Shown here one piece after another: positions 1 through 7,290 of a DNA stretch of 23,184 nt. Position numbers and translations under genes: made by a program. Numbering within the stretch: the stretch's first letter is position 1; every line of letters begins with the position of its first letter. Origin of the DNA: an archaeon (GTDB lineage: Archaea > B1Sed10-29 > WALL01); contig JAUVIW010000006.1 in NCBI GenBank assembly GCA_030592525.1, positions 1-23,184 on the forward strand, written 5' to 3'. The notes under the pieces were generated by a model. The model was given only the letters and a program-made list of their open reading frames with translations. It did not search any database and was not told where the DNA came from.

Positions 1-91
1 CGGCGAACGCCGCTGACAGTAGTATTAGTAGTATTAGCAGGGTTTTGTGCATGATGGACACCCGAGTCCTAAGACGAAGTTATACTATATA

Positions 92-538
92 TTAGAATAG
101 GGAGAGAACGCCCACGGAGAGCAGGGTGACGATGGCGCCCGCTATGAGGACACCCCACGCGATTGCCGCCACGGCCTTCTCGCGCGGCACGTCGAAAATG
201 TCGGAGGCGAGGCAAGCGGAATAGACTCCGGAGCCGGGGAACGGGATGGCAGTGAAAATCGTCAGGCCGAGGAAGCCGTACTTCTTGACATAGGGCTCGG
301 TCTTCCTGCGGACGTGCGACAATAATGACTGGGTGATTTTCCAGTGCTCGAAATAAGGGAAGAGCCTGTCCAGGAAAAAGAAGATTACGGGGATGAGCGC
401 GATGTTCAGGCCGACGGCGAACACGAAAACGAGCAGCGGATTGAGGCCGTAGGCTATGCCAAGTGGGATTGCGCCGCGGAGCTCGGCCCAAGGCAAAAGG
501 GTCACAAGCATTACCTCAACAAGCTTCTCGGAAACCAT
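92..538 (-). CDS. Small polytopic membrane protein, probably the 'small multidrug export' (Sm_multidrug_ex-like) family
   Basis: ATG at 538..536, TAA at 94..92. 148 aa, hydrophobic throughout. The N-terminal motif LLPWAELRGAIPLGIAYGL resembles the ELRGAIP signature I associate with that family. It sits 6 bp downstream of the SPFH gene on the same strand. Confidence 0.5.
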   Translation of the reverse strand: MVSEKLVEVMLVTLLPWAELRGAIPLGIAYGLNPLLVFVFAVGLNIALIPVIFFFLDRLFPYFEHWKITQSLLSHVRRKTEPYVKKYGFLGLTIFTAIPFPGSGVYSACLASDIFDVPREKAVAAIAWGVLIAGAIVTLLSVGVLSLF

Positions 539-544
539 GGGAGC

Positions 545-1588
545 TCACTTCTTCTTGTGCTGCTTCTTCTTCAGGCGCTTCAGGATTTCTGCGGGATGCC
601 TGCCCTCAGACTCCTCTTCCAAAAGGAATTCATCGTAAGCCTCACGCAAGTCGTCCTTCAGCTCACTGCGGTCGGTCTTGCCCATGCGCCCGCTGAGGCG
701 CTCGGCGAGATGGGTTAGCTCAATCGGGAATATTATCTTGGAGGACCTGCCCTCAGACATCTTCTTGAGTGCCTCGAGGTAGAGGTACTGCATCGCGGGG
801 TCGCTCAGGCGGCCGGCCGCCTTGCGGACGGCGTCAATGCGGATTTCGTTTGCCTCAGCCTCCTGCTTCGCAGCGAACTTCTTTTGTTCAGAAGCCTTGA
901 GGTCGTGCATTGCGTCCTGCACAGTGGCAGGCAAGGTGATGCTCTGGATTTCCACTTTGCTCACCTCAATGCCCCAGTCGGCGCCCACGCGCGCAAGGCC
1001 TTCCTTAAGCATCGTGTTAATCTTGTTGACCTCGCTGATGACCTCGGACAGCTGCATGCGGCCGATGACGTCACGCAAGTGCGCTGTGACATAGGACTTC
1101 GAGGCGTCAATCGGGTCCTGAATGTTCATGACCGCGGCCTTCGGGTCCTTGACGCGGAGGAATATGACTGCGTCGATAACGAGCTTGATATTGTCCCTGG
1201 TGATGACGTCCTGCGGAGTGAACTCCTTGTCCACGCTGATGACACGAGTGTCAATCACGCGCGGCTCGTCAATGAAGGGTGCGAGAAAGACCCATCCCGG
1301 GCCGAAGACGCCCCGGAACTTGCCGTACCTGAAAATAACGGCGCGCTCATAGTCCTTGAGCTCGATGATGAGCGGCGGGGAGCGGGTGTAGATGAAGAAG
1401 AGAACCGCGAGGATGCCGACGAGCAAGAGCACTTCGTCAATGAACCCAAGCCAGAATGCGATAATCACGGCAGCCAGAAGGACTATAACGAGCATGACAA
1501 AGACGCCAACCTCTTCAGCGCCCGTTTTCCCGTAAGGGAAAGTGGGCCTCAGCGGCTTGATGGGCTTGATGTCCTTCAAATCCGGCAT
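545..1588 (-). CDS. SPFH/band-7 (stomatin/prohibitin-like) membrane protein
   Basis: The listed ORF begins at a TTG (1681). The first ATG (1588..1586) gives 347 aa. Two N-terminal TM helices are followed by a typical SPFH core (IFRYGKFRGVFGPGW...ISVDKEFTPQDVITRDN...AEANEIRIDA) and a Lys-rich C-tail. TGA at 547..545. Confidence 0.8.
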   Translation of the reverse strand: MPDLKDIKPIKPLRPTFPYGKTGAEEVGVFVMLVIVLLAAVIIAFWLGFIDEVLLLVGILAVLFFIYTRSPPLIIELKDYERAVIFRYGKFRGVFGPGWVFLAPFIDEPRVIDTRVISVDKEFTPQDVITRDNIKLVIDAVIFLRVKDPKAAVMNIQDPIDASKSYVTAHLRDVIGRMQLSEVISEVNKINTMLKEGLARVGADWGIEVSKVEIQSITLPATVQDAMHDLKASEQKKFAAKQEAEANEIRIDAVRKAAGRLSDPAMQYLYLEALKKMSEGRSSKIIFPIELTHLAERLSGRMGKTDRSELKDDLREAYDEFLLEEESEGRHPAEILKRLKKKQHKKK

Positions 1589-1632
1589 AACATAGGTATT
1601 TAAATTATGAAGATATATAAAGGGATTAGATG
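1586..1632. repeat. 47-bp direct repeat, copy 1 (cataacataggtatttaaattatgaagatatataaagggattagatg). It contains the stomatin-like start codon (CAT 1586..1588 on the + strand) and an orphan ATG (1630..1632).
   Basis: Exact 47/47 identity with 2591..2637, verified base by base. Copy 1 is followed by an 11-codon ORF that dead-ends. Confidence 0.9.
1613..1621 (-). promoter_or_regulatory. TATA-like box (atatataaa) 25-33 bp upstream of the SPFH ATG. This spacing fits a leaderless archaeal promoter.
   Basis: AT-rich octamer at the canonical about -26 distance from the start codon at 1588. The archaeal BRE/TATA spacing rule is established knowledge. The site has no experimental support. Confidence 0.35.
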
Positions 1633-1680
1633 ACAGCCCCAGAGAACAACCAGGGATGTGTTTAAACGGAATTGAAGCCA

Positions 1681-2208
1681 ATGGAATTGGAACTTAAGAA
1701 TGGGGATAAAATTGAGATTAAATCACTGATGGATATTAGTAATGCTAATCTCGTCACAGGGTTCATAAATGAAGTGCATGCTGAAAGCAAGCATTTGGTA
1801 AAAGTCCGACCCATTAAAGCTGGAAACGAACAGGAATGGCTTAAGGATAAAAAAAATGAAATAAGCAAAGGAGCTACAGTATATCTGGTAGCATTGAATA
1901 AAAATAGGGTAATTGGGTCAACATCACTAATTTGTTTCAAAGGTAGAATGGCGCATGTTGCAGAACTTGAAGTGATGATTAGAAAGGAATACCATAACAA
2001 TGGACTCGGTTATAGCCTTGTAAAAGAGGTGCTAAAGCGCCGCACTCCCCAAATGGAAAGAGTGATGTTATACTATTTCAGCGGTAATAAAATCGCTAGA
2101 CGTATCTATAATCACCTTGGATTTAAAGAAGTCGCCAAAATGAAAGGATGGTTCAAGGCGGATAACGGCACATATGAGGATATGATAAATATGGAGCTAA
2201 TTAGCTAA
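1681..2208 (+). CDS. GNAT-family N-acetyltransferase
   Basis: ATG at 1681 (the listed ORF starts at TTG 1672). 175 aa. GNAT motif-A-like region RVIGSTSLICFKGRMAHVAELEVMIRKEYHNNGLGYSLVKEV. Low-GC codon usage unlike its neighbours. Confidence 0.7.
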   Translation: MELELKNGDKIEIKSLMDISNANLVTGFINEVHAESKHLVKVRPIKAGNEQEWLKDKKNEISKGATVYLVALNKNRVIGSTSLICFKGRMAHVAELEVMIRKEYHNNGLGYSLVKEVLKRRTPQMERVMLYYFSGNKIARRIYNHLGFKEVAKMKGWFKADNGTYEDMINMELIS

Positions 2209-2323
2209 ACTTACCTTTGTTTAGGTATTCTGTAATTATCCATGTATAACACATCTAAACCAGAACTAAAAAAAGTTTTCAAAACGTCTCGAGCCCTGCT
2301 TGCAATCGGCTCACCATTGACAT

Positions 2324-2569
2324 TCAATGAAGTGTTAAGGAGCAAAGGCACTCCAGTCTTTTCATAAAACTTGTTAAGTAATTTTTGTTAAGTAATTTCC
2401 AAAAGTGAGCGTTGTTGGACAGGTGATGGATATTAGATTTATTTCCAGTAAAGAAATTATCTAAGCACAAAACATTGTTGCCTTTATCCAACAAAAACTC
2501 GCATAAGCATGAGCCTATAACGCCCGCTCCACCAGTAACCAAAATAGTTTTCACAAGAAAACCTTCCAA
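2324..2569 (-). pseudogene. Remnant of an NAD-dependent epimerase/dehydratase (UDP-glucuronate decarboxylase/dTDP-glucose dehydratase-like). Only the N-terminal Rossmann segment survives.
   Basis: [44 protein letters not shown] matches the GxxGxxG N-terminus of UXS/RmlB-type enzymes for about 55 aa. The frame then degenerates. It starts at TTG immediately after an in-frame TGA. The remaining about 250 aa of such an enzyme are absent, because the GNAT gene occupies that space on the other strand. Confidence 0.6.
2371..2398. repeat. 14-bp tandem duplication (ttgttaagtaattt x2)
   Basis: Two adjacent identical 14-mers. They lie exactly where the epimerase-like reading frame loses similarity, and the duplication length is not a multiple of 3. 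Confidence 0.8.
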
Positions 2570-2590
2570 TCAAATGGCTGCAGCTTCAAC

Positions 2591-2637
2591 CATAACATAG
2601 GTATTTAAATTATGAAGATATATAAAGGGATTAGATG
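2591..2637. repeat. 47-bp direct repeat, copy 2. It contains the DUF373 start codon (ATG 2635..2637).
   Basis: Exact 47/47 identity with 1586..1632. Confidence 0.9.
2602..2610 (+). promoter_or_regulatory. TATA-like box (tatttaaat) 25-33 bp upstream of the ATG at 2635. This spacing fits a leaderless promoter.
   Basis: Position and AT-rich palindromic octamer. The identical element exists in copy 1 at 1597..1605. Confidence 0.35.
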
Positions 2638-3921
2638 GTGAAACGCAAGATTCTCGTCCTCTGCATAGACAGGGACGACGACCTCGGAAAGAAGGCTGGC
2701 GTCAAGACGCCGCTCATCGGAAGCAAGGCGAACATCAAGGGAGCTTCTGCCTTGGCGCTTGCAGACCCCACTGAAAGCGACATCAACGCAATCTTCCAGG
2801 CCGTGAAAACATACAAGGACCTCAAAAAATCGGGCGACGACGCGATTGTCGCGACAATCGCAGGCCACAAGTCCCGCGGGTCAAGGGCGGACAAGAACGT
2901 CGTCAAGCAGCTTGAGTACATCATCAAAAAAGAGGAGCCGACAGAAGTCGTGTTCATCAGCGACGGTGCCGATGACGAGCAAGTGCTCCCAATGGTACAG
3001 AGCCGCATCAAGGTCAGCGGCGTCAAGACCGTCATAGTGAAGCAGGCAAAGGAGCTCGAGAAGAGCTACTACGTCATCAAGGAAGTGCTCAGGGACCCAC
3101 ACTTCGCGCGGCTCGTGTTCGGCTTGCCCGGAATCGTGCTCGCGATTTACGGAGCCGTGAACCTGCTCAACATCCAAGACATCTCACTCAATATCGTGCT
3201 CGCCCTTGTGGGGGGGTACCTCATCTTCAAGGGCTTCGGCATCGAGGACACCGTGGTCAAGGCATTCAAAATGTTCGTGCGGACAACGAGCGTCGAGCGC
3301 GCGTCATTCCCATTGTACATCGCGAGTGCGCTCGTGTTCCTGCTTGCACTTTGGTCCGGGTTCGACAACATTTCATTCGTGTGGAATAACGTGCCTAGTG
3401 CAGCGCAGTTCACTGGTGCGACCGCGAACATCATAACCCTCAACGGGTTCGCCATCGGGGCCGCAGGGCTGTTCATGCTGTCACTCGTGCTGTTCCTCGT
3501 CGGCAGGATGGGGGACATGTACTACTCTGGCTACTTCCACCGCATCCGCAAGTACGCCAGGAGCATCGTGTCAGTAATCGCGGCATGGGTGATTATCGAG
3601 GAAGTCGCGAGGTTCGTGCTTTACTGGACAGGCGCAGCCACAATGGGCCCACAGCTGACAGACCTGTTCATCAGCGTGGGCATAGCGTTCTTCATCACAC
3701 TAATCGGGTTCCTCTCAATCAAGTACCTGTACATAACTAGGTATGTGATGAAAAAGCTTGAGAAGGGCATGCCAGTAAGGGATCTTGAGGGGATAGAGCT
3801 CGGGAAGATAACGAGCATCGACTACAAGAAAAAGTGGTTCAGGTATGGTGCGGGCCCGCTCAAGCGTGCCACTGAGTTCAGCAAAGTGCTCTCGATACGC
3901 GACAATGTTATTGTCGAGTGA
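2635..3921 (+). CDS. Archaeal integral membrane protein, DUF373-like
   Basis: 428 aa. The N-terminal soluble domain begins ILVLCIDRDDDLGKKAGVKTPLIGS, which I recall as characteristic of the archaeal DUF373 family. About 6 TM helices follow, then a C-terminal soluble tail. Confidence 0.5.
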   Translation: MVKRKILVLCIDRDDDLGKKAGVKTPLIGSKANIKGASALALADPTESDINAIFQAVKTYKDLKKSGDDAIVATIAGHKSRGSRADKNVVKQLEYIIKKEEPTEVVFISDGADDEQVLPMVQSRIKVSGVKTVIVKQAKELEKSYYVIKEVLRDPHFARLVFGLPGIVLAIYGAVNLLNIQDISLNIVLALVGGYLIFKGFGIEDTVVKAFKMFVRTTSVERASFPLYIASALVFLLALWSGFDNISFVWNNVPSAAQFTGATANIITLNGFAIGAAGLFMLSLVLFLVGRMGDMYYSGYFHRIRKYARSIVSVIAAWVIIEEVARFVLYWTGAATMGPQLTDLFISVGIAFFITLIGFLSIKYLYITRYVMKKLEKGMPVRDLEGIELGKITSIDYKKKWFRYGAGPLKRATEFSKVLSIRDNVIVE

Positions 3922-3924
3922 GCC

Positions 3925-5802
3925 TCACGCGATTGACTTCCTTACCTTCTTCAGCAGCGCCGTCTTTTTCTTCGAGTTCTTGAGCGCGTACTTCAGGACA
4001 TCAACCAAGTCGGATGCGGTCACAATCTCAATGCGCTTCAGCTGGTCCTTGGGCAGGAGCACGTCACCGGCATTTGCTTTTGGGATGATGACTTTCTTCA
4101 GGCCAGCGCCTATCGCGGACTCGACCTTTTGCGTGACGCCGCCGACTGGAAGCACCTCGCCGCGGACGCTCAGGGAGCCAGTCATTGCGACCGACTGGTC
4201 CACGGGCAATTTCTCCAGGGCGCTTATGAGCGCGGTTGCCACGGAAACGCTTGCGGAATCGCCTTCCACGCCCTCATAGGTCTGCAGGAACTGCACGTGG
4301 ATATCCCGCTTGGAGATGTCAATCCCGCGGTACTTCTTGATGATGGCGCTCACGTTCACCACGGACTCGGCGGCTATCTTGCCAAGCTTGCCTGTGGCGA
4401 TTATGCGGCCCTCGGCTCGCGATGCGGCGGGCGTGATGCCTGCCTCAATGGGCAGCACAATGCCGCCGTCGCCCATGACCGCAAGGCCGTTGACCTTGCC
4501 GACCTTTGAGCCGGAAACAGTGAACACTTCATAGGCCTTCTTCTCTATGATATACTTGTCAGCGAGCTGCTGCTCCATGGTGCGGGCCAATTTCTTGGCT
4601 GCGTTGACATGGCGCGACTCAACAAGCGGCGCCTTCTCGTTGTGGGCGATGTCGCCCGCGGCGCGGATTAGGCCGCCGAGCTCACGGAGCTTGACAGTGA
4701 GCTTGCCCTTGCGGCCGGCGCGCTTGCGCGCCTCCTGGATGATTGTGCTGACGGCGGCGGCAGTGAAGTGGGGGATTTTCTTGTCCTTCGTGACTTCCTG
4801 TGCAACGAACTGCTCGAGCTTCTCCCTGTTTTGGGGGGTGTCATCCATCATGTCGTTCAAATAGATTTCGTAGCCGTACCCGCGGATGCGCGAGCGGAGT
4901 GCGGGGTGCATCTTCTGCATGTCAACAAGGTTGCCTGCCGCCACCAGGACAAAGTCGCAGGGCACGGGGTCGGTGTGCACCATCGCACCCGATGACAGTT
5001 CGCTCTGGCCGGTGATGCTGTACTTCTTATCCTGCATTGCAGTGAGAAGCTCTTGCTGTGACTTCTCTGTTAGCGTGGCAATCTCGTCAATGAAGAGGAT
5101 GCCTTCATTCGCCTTGTGTATCATGCCGCTCTCGACGCGCAAGTGGGGTGGGGTGCCAAGGCCGCCTGACTGCAATGGGTCGTGGCGCACGTCACCGAGC
5201 AAGGCGCCGGCACGGGCACCAGTGGCCTCAAGGAACGGTGCGGAGGGCTTGCCTGCGTTGTCCACTAGGAGCTTGGGCACGAGGCCATCAAGGCGCGGCT
5301 TGAGCTGCATGCCGATGACAACGCCAATGCCAAGAAAGCCAGCCACCACGAGGGAGGCTGCAGCCATTATCTCGCTAATCCACCCGAGCCACAATAGAAC
5401 CCACGGGATGCTGATGGTGAAAAGGAATATGACGAATCCGATGGCCTGCTTGTTGCCGCCCGAGGACGCGTTGTCGATGTTTGCCTTCGCGATTATCTTG
5501 GTACCCTTGCCGGCCTTCACGGTCTCTATCTTGGGCGCGTTCATGTCAGCGCTGTTCGGCAGGCACAAAATGTCAACGAGCTTGCTTGTCGGCAGGAGCT
5601 CCGCCATCGCAAGGCCGAGCATGCTTTTGCCTGTGCCGGGCTCGCCCAAGAGGAATACGTTGCGCTTCTGCGTCGCCGCCTTGCGAATAAGCTCAACAGC
5701 TTTTTCCTGGCCAACGACCTGGTCAATGGTACGCTTGGGCACCTTTATGCTTGCGGTTGACTTCGGCTTCTTCGCCTTCTTCGCCTGCTTCTTGGGTGCC
5801 AT
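3925..5802 (-). CDS. lonB: Archaeal membrane-bound ATP-dependent Lon protease (LonB)
   Basis: 625 aa, ATG 5802..5800. Walker [13 protein letters not shown] two-helix membrane insertion sits inside the AAA+ module ([21 protein letters not shown]...). The C-terminal Lon protease domain has the DGDSASVS catalytic serine region. Convergent with the DUF373 gene across a 3-bp gap. Confidence 0.9.
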   Translation of the reverse strand: MAPKKQAKKAKKPKSTASIKVPKRTIDQVVGQEKAVELIRKAATQKRNVFLLGEPGTGKSMLGLAMAELLPTSKLVDILCLPNSADMNAPKIETVKAGKGTKIIAKANIDNASSGGNKQAIGFVIFLFTISIPWVLLWLGWISEIMAAASLVVAGFLGIGVVIGMQLKPRLDGLVPKLLVDNAGKPSAPFLEATGARAGALLGDVRHDPLQSGGLGTPPHLRVESGMIHKANEGILFIDEIATLTEKSQQELLTAMQDKKYSITGQSELSSGAMVHTDPVPCDFVLVAAGNLVDMQKMHPALRSRIRGYGYEIYLNDMMDDTPQNREKLEQFVAQEVTKDKKIPHFTAAAVSTIIQEARKRAGRKGKLTVKLRELGGLIRAAGDIAHNEKAPLVESRHVNAAKKLARTMEQQLADKYIIEKKAYEVFTVSGSKVGKVNGLAVMGDGGIVLPIEAGITPAASRAEGRIIATGKLGKIAAESVVNVSAIIKKYRGIDISKRDIHVQFLQTYEGVEGDSASVSVATALISALEKLPVDQSVAMTGSLSVRGEVLPVGGVTQKVESAIGAGLKKVIIPKANAGDVLLPKDQLKRIEIVTASDLVDVLKYALKNSKKKTALLKKVRKSIA

Positions 5803-5836
5803 ACTATATTATACTCCGCCGCACCCCAACACAGGG
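5803..5836. promoter_or_regulatory. 34-bp divergent intergenic region between lonB and the methyltransferase gene. It contains tatattata.
   Basis: An AT-rich element 25-34 bp upstream of the ATG at 5837. No equivalent AT box lies at about -26 for lonB, whose promoter may lie inside the neighbouring coding sequence. Confidence 0.3.
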
Positions 5837-6754
5837 ATGCGCTTATTCATCCTATTCGCAAAAGAGGACCCAAAAATCTCCAAGGCAGAGGTCCACTCGC
5901 TGCTTGACGGGAAGGTTCTGGAGGAGACGGATGAGTACTGTGTGGTTGACGGGTCGATTGATTACAGCCGTTTGGTGTTCTCGCGGTACGCTTGTTCCGT
6001 TCTCTCCGAGGGGGTACCTAAAGGGCTTCCGGCTTATAAATCCTTTGCCGTTAGGGCGACGAAGCTAAAAAGCTTCAAGAACAGCGCAAGGGAAGTGGAA
6101 CGCGATGTGGCCTCGCGCATCAAGGGCAAGGTGGATCTTGAAAAAGGCACGGTGATACGCGTGTTCTGCGGCGATGAGCTTTGGGTGACGGAAGAGCTTT
6201 GGGCTTACACTCAAAAGCAGTTCAAGGCGCGGGACGTGAATGCGCGGCCGAGCTTCAATCCCACTAGTTTGCAGCCGAAGACAGCGCGATTGCTGCTGAA
6301 CCTTGCGAACGCGAGGAAAAATGTGCTTGACCCGTTCTGCGGTGTTGGTGGAATCCTGCTCGAGGCGGGTGTGCTCGGAATCAAGGCGACGGGGATTGAG
6401 CTGGACGAGAAGTGGGCTGAGGGCGCCACTGAAAACGCGTGGTTCTACCGCGTCGACAAGAAGGTCAAGATTGTTAACGCTGATTTCTTGGAGTGGAAAG
6501 GAAAGGAGTTCGAGTGCATCGTGACTGACCTGCCTTATGGCAAGAGCTCTGGCTTGTTCGGGAAAAAGCGCGAGGAGCTTTACTCAAAGGCGTTCAAGAA
6601 GTTCCACACGCACACGGGGAAGTGTGTTGTGATGGCGCAGGAGGACTTGCGGCCGCTGCTGAAGAAAGCAGGGTGGGAAACAAAGTTCTTCCACTCGTTC
6701 TACGTGCACAAGAGCATGCGCAGGTACATTCACGCTTGCTCAGCAAAAAGCTGA
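5837..6754 (+). CDS. trm11: SAM-dependent N2-guanine tRNA methyltransferase, Trm11/TrmG10-like (COG1041-type)
   Basis: The listed ORF 4886..6754 is antisense to lonB for its first 950 bp. The in-frame ATG at 5837 gives 305 aa. N-terminus MRLFILFAKE...KAEVHSLLDG resembles archaeal Trm11 N-termini. SAM motif I LDPFCGVGGILLEAG. Catalytic D-L-P-Y-G (VTDLPYGKS) is typical of N2-G/N6-A methyltransferases. Confidence 0.6.
   Translation: MRLFILFAKEDPKISKAEVHSLLDGKVLEETDEYCVVDGSIDYSRLVFSRYACSVLSEGVPKGLPAYKSFAVRATKLKSFKNSAREVERDVASRIKGKVDLEKGTVIRVFCGDELWVTEELWAYTQKQFKARDVNARPSFNPTSLQPKTARLLLNLANARKNVLDPFCGVGGILLEAGVLGIKATGIELDEKWAEGATENAWFYRVDKKVKIVNADFLEWKGKEFECIVTDLPYGKSSGLFGKKREELYSKAFKKFHTHTGKCVVMAQEDLRPLLKKAGWETKFFHSFYVHKSMRRYIHACSAKS
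6707..6734. repeat. 28-bp direct repeat, copy 1 (cacaagagcatgcgcaggtacattcacg). It lies inside the 3' end of the methyltransferase CDS.
   Basis: Exact 28/28 identity with 6809..6836. It encodes HKSMRRYIH of the methyltransferase. Confidence 0.9.
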
Positions 6755-6808
6755 GCCGTCGGGCCTTGCGCCCGACTTTCGCCAGCCTTAACAAGGCTGT
6801 TATACATA
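6735..6808. other. 74-bp spacer made of three consecutive perfect stem-loops
   Basis: Stem-loop A is gctcagc-aaaaa-gctgagc (6738..6756) and contains the methyltransferase stop TGA 6752..6754. Stem-loop B is gtcgggc-cttgc-gcccgac (6758..6776), followed by tttc. Stem-loop C is agcctt-aac-aaggct (6784..6798). Confidence 0.7.
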
Positions 6809-6836
6809 CACAAGAGCATGCGCAGGTACATTCACG
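6809..6836. repeat. 28-bp direct repeat, copy 2. It overlaps the stop codon of the minus-strand kinase gene.
   Basis: Exact identity with 6707..6734. The kinase TGA is 6834..6832, inside the repeat. Confidence 0.9.
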
Positions 6837-7290
6837 TTTGCAGCGAAACGATTTCTTGAACCACGCCCTCAAGGGTTTTCCCGAGGGTTTCAATCAGAAT
6901 TTCCCCTTTCATGCACTCCATCATATCGTAAATAGACTGGACCTTATCTTCAGGCATCCTTTTTTCTGGGGGGTACTTAAGATTCCGTTCAAGAAGGGTG
7001 GAAACGTCCGCATGAAGATAAAACACAGTATCGGGCGACAAGCAGCTGGCCATCTGCTTGCTATCCACAAAACAGCCAGCAACAACAAAGCAGCCTTCTT
7101 TTGTCATTTGGCTTAGCTTACGAAGAGAAAACAAGAATGCCTCGTGTGAAAGCCAGTCACCTTCGTACTCGTGCCGAACATCATCCTCATCAATAAAATT
7201 GAAGCCCAGCCGGCGAGCAACACCTAAGCCAACAGTGGTCTTGCCCACACTAGAAGGGCCGCGTATGATGATAAGCCTTCTAACAGCCAC
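6832..7290 (-). CDS. Small P-loop NTPase/kinase (shikimate-, CMP- or AAA_33-like nucleotide kinase fold)
   Basis: 152 aa. Walker A at residues 9-18 (IIIRGPSSVGKTTVG). There is no in-frame ATG before the P-loop, so the start is GTG 7290..7288. That codon directly abuts the upstream stop codon in the same frame. Confidence 0.6.
   Translation of the reverse strand: MAVRRLIIIRGPSSVGKTTVGLGVARRLGFNFIDEDDVRHEYEGDWLSHEAFLFSLRKLSQMTKEGCFVVAGCFVDSKQMASCLSPDTVFYLHADVSTLLERNLKYPPEKRMPEDKVQSIYDMMECMKGEILIETLGKTLEGVVQEIVSLQT

Larger units (their letters stand above)
1633..2590. other. AT-rich ~958-bp inserted islet between the two copies of the 47-bp repeat. Probably horizontally acquired.
   Basis: By eye the composition is clearly AT-rich (roughly 35-40% GC) against roughly 55-60% in both flanks. 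It is bounded by perfect direct repeats and carries one intact GNAT gene plus a truncated, frameshifted epimerase remnant. Confidence 0.6.

Noticed and set aside
17-40. 9-bp tandem motif agtagtatt x2 (+ partial) near the left edge
   Set aside because: Too short and imperfect to call a repeat feature. It lies in an AT-rich 3' region at the window edge.
884-1603. 239-aa ORF on the + strand
   Set aside because: It is entirely antisense to the well-supported SPFH gene. Its composition (Asp/Arg/Val/His-rich, no motifs) is typical of the shadow frame of a GC-rich CDS.
4886-5836. N-terminal about 317 codons of the listed 622-aa + ORF
   Set aside because: This part is antisense to lonB and Arg/Ser/Pro-rich with no similarity. 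Recognisable Trm11-like sequence, together with a proper divergent promoter, begins only at ATG 5837.
6776-6789. 13-mer tttcgccagcctt shared between the hairpin block and the rnz 3' region (about 12586..12598)
   Set aside because: By rough count, a handful of 13-mer coincidences are expected in a 23-kb window when both strands are considered. Flanking sequence does not extend the match.
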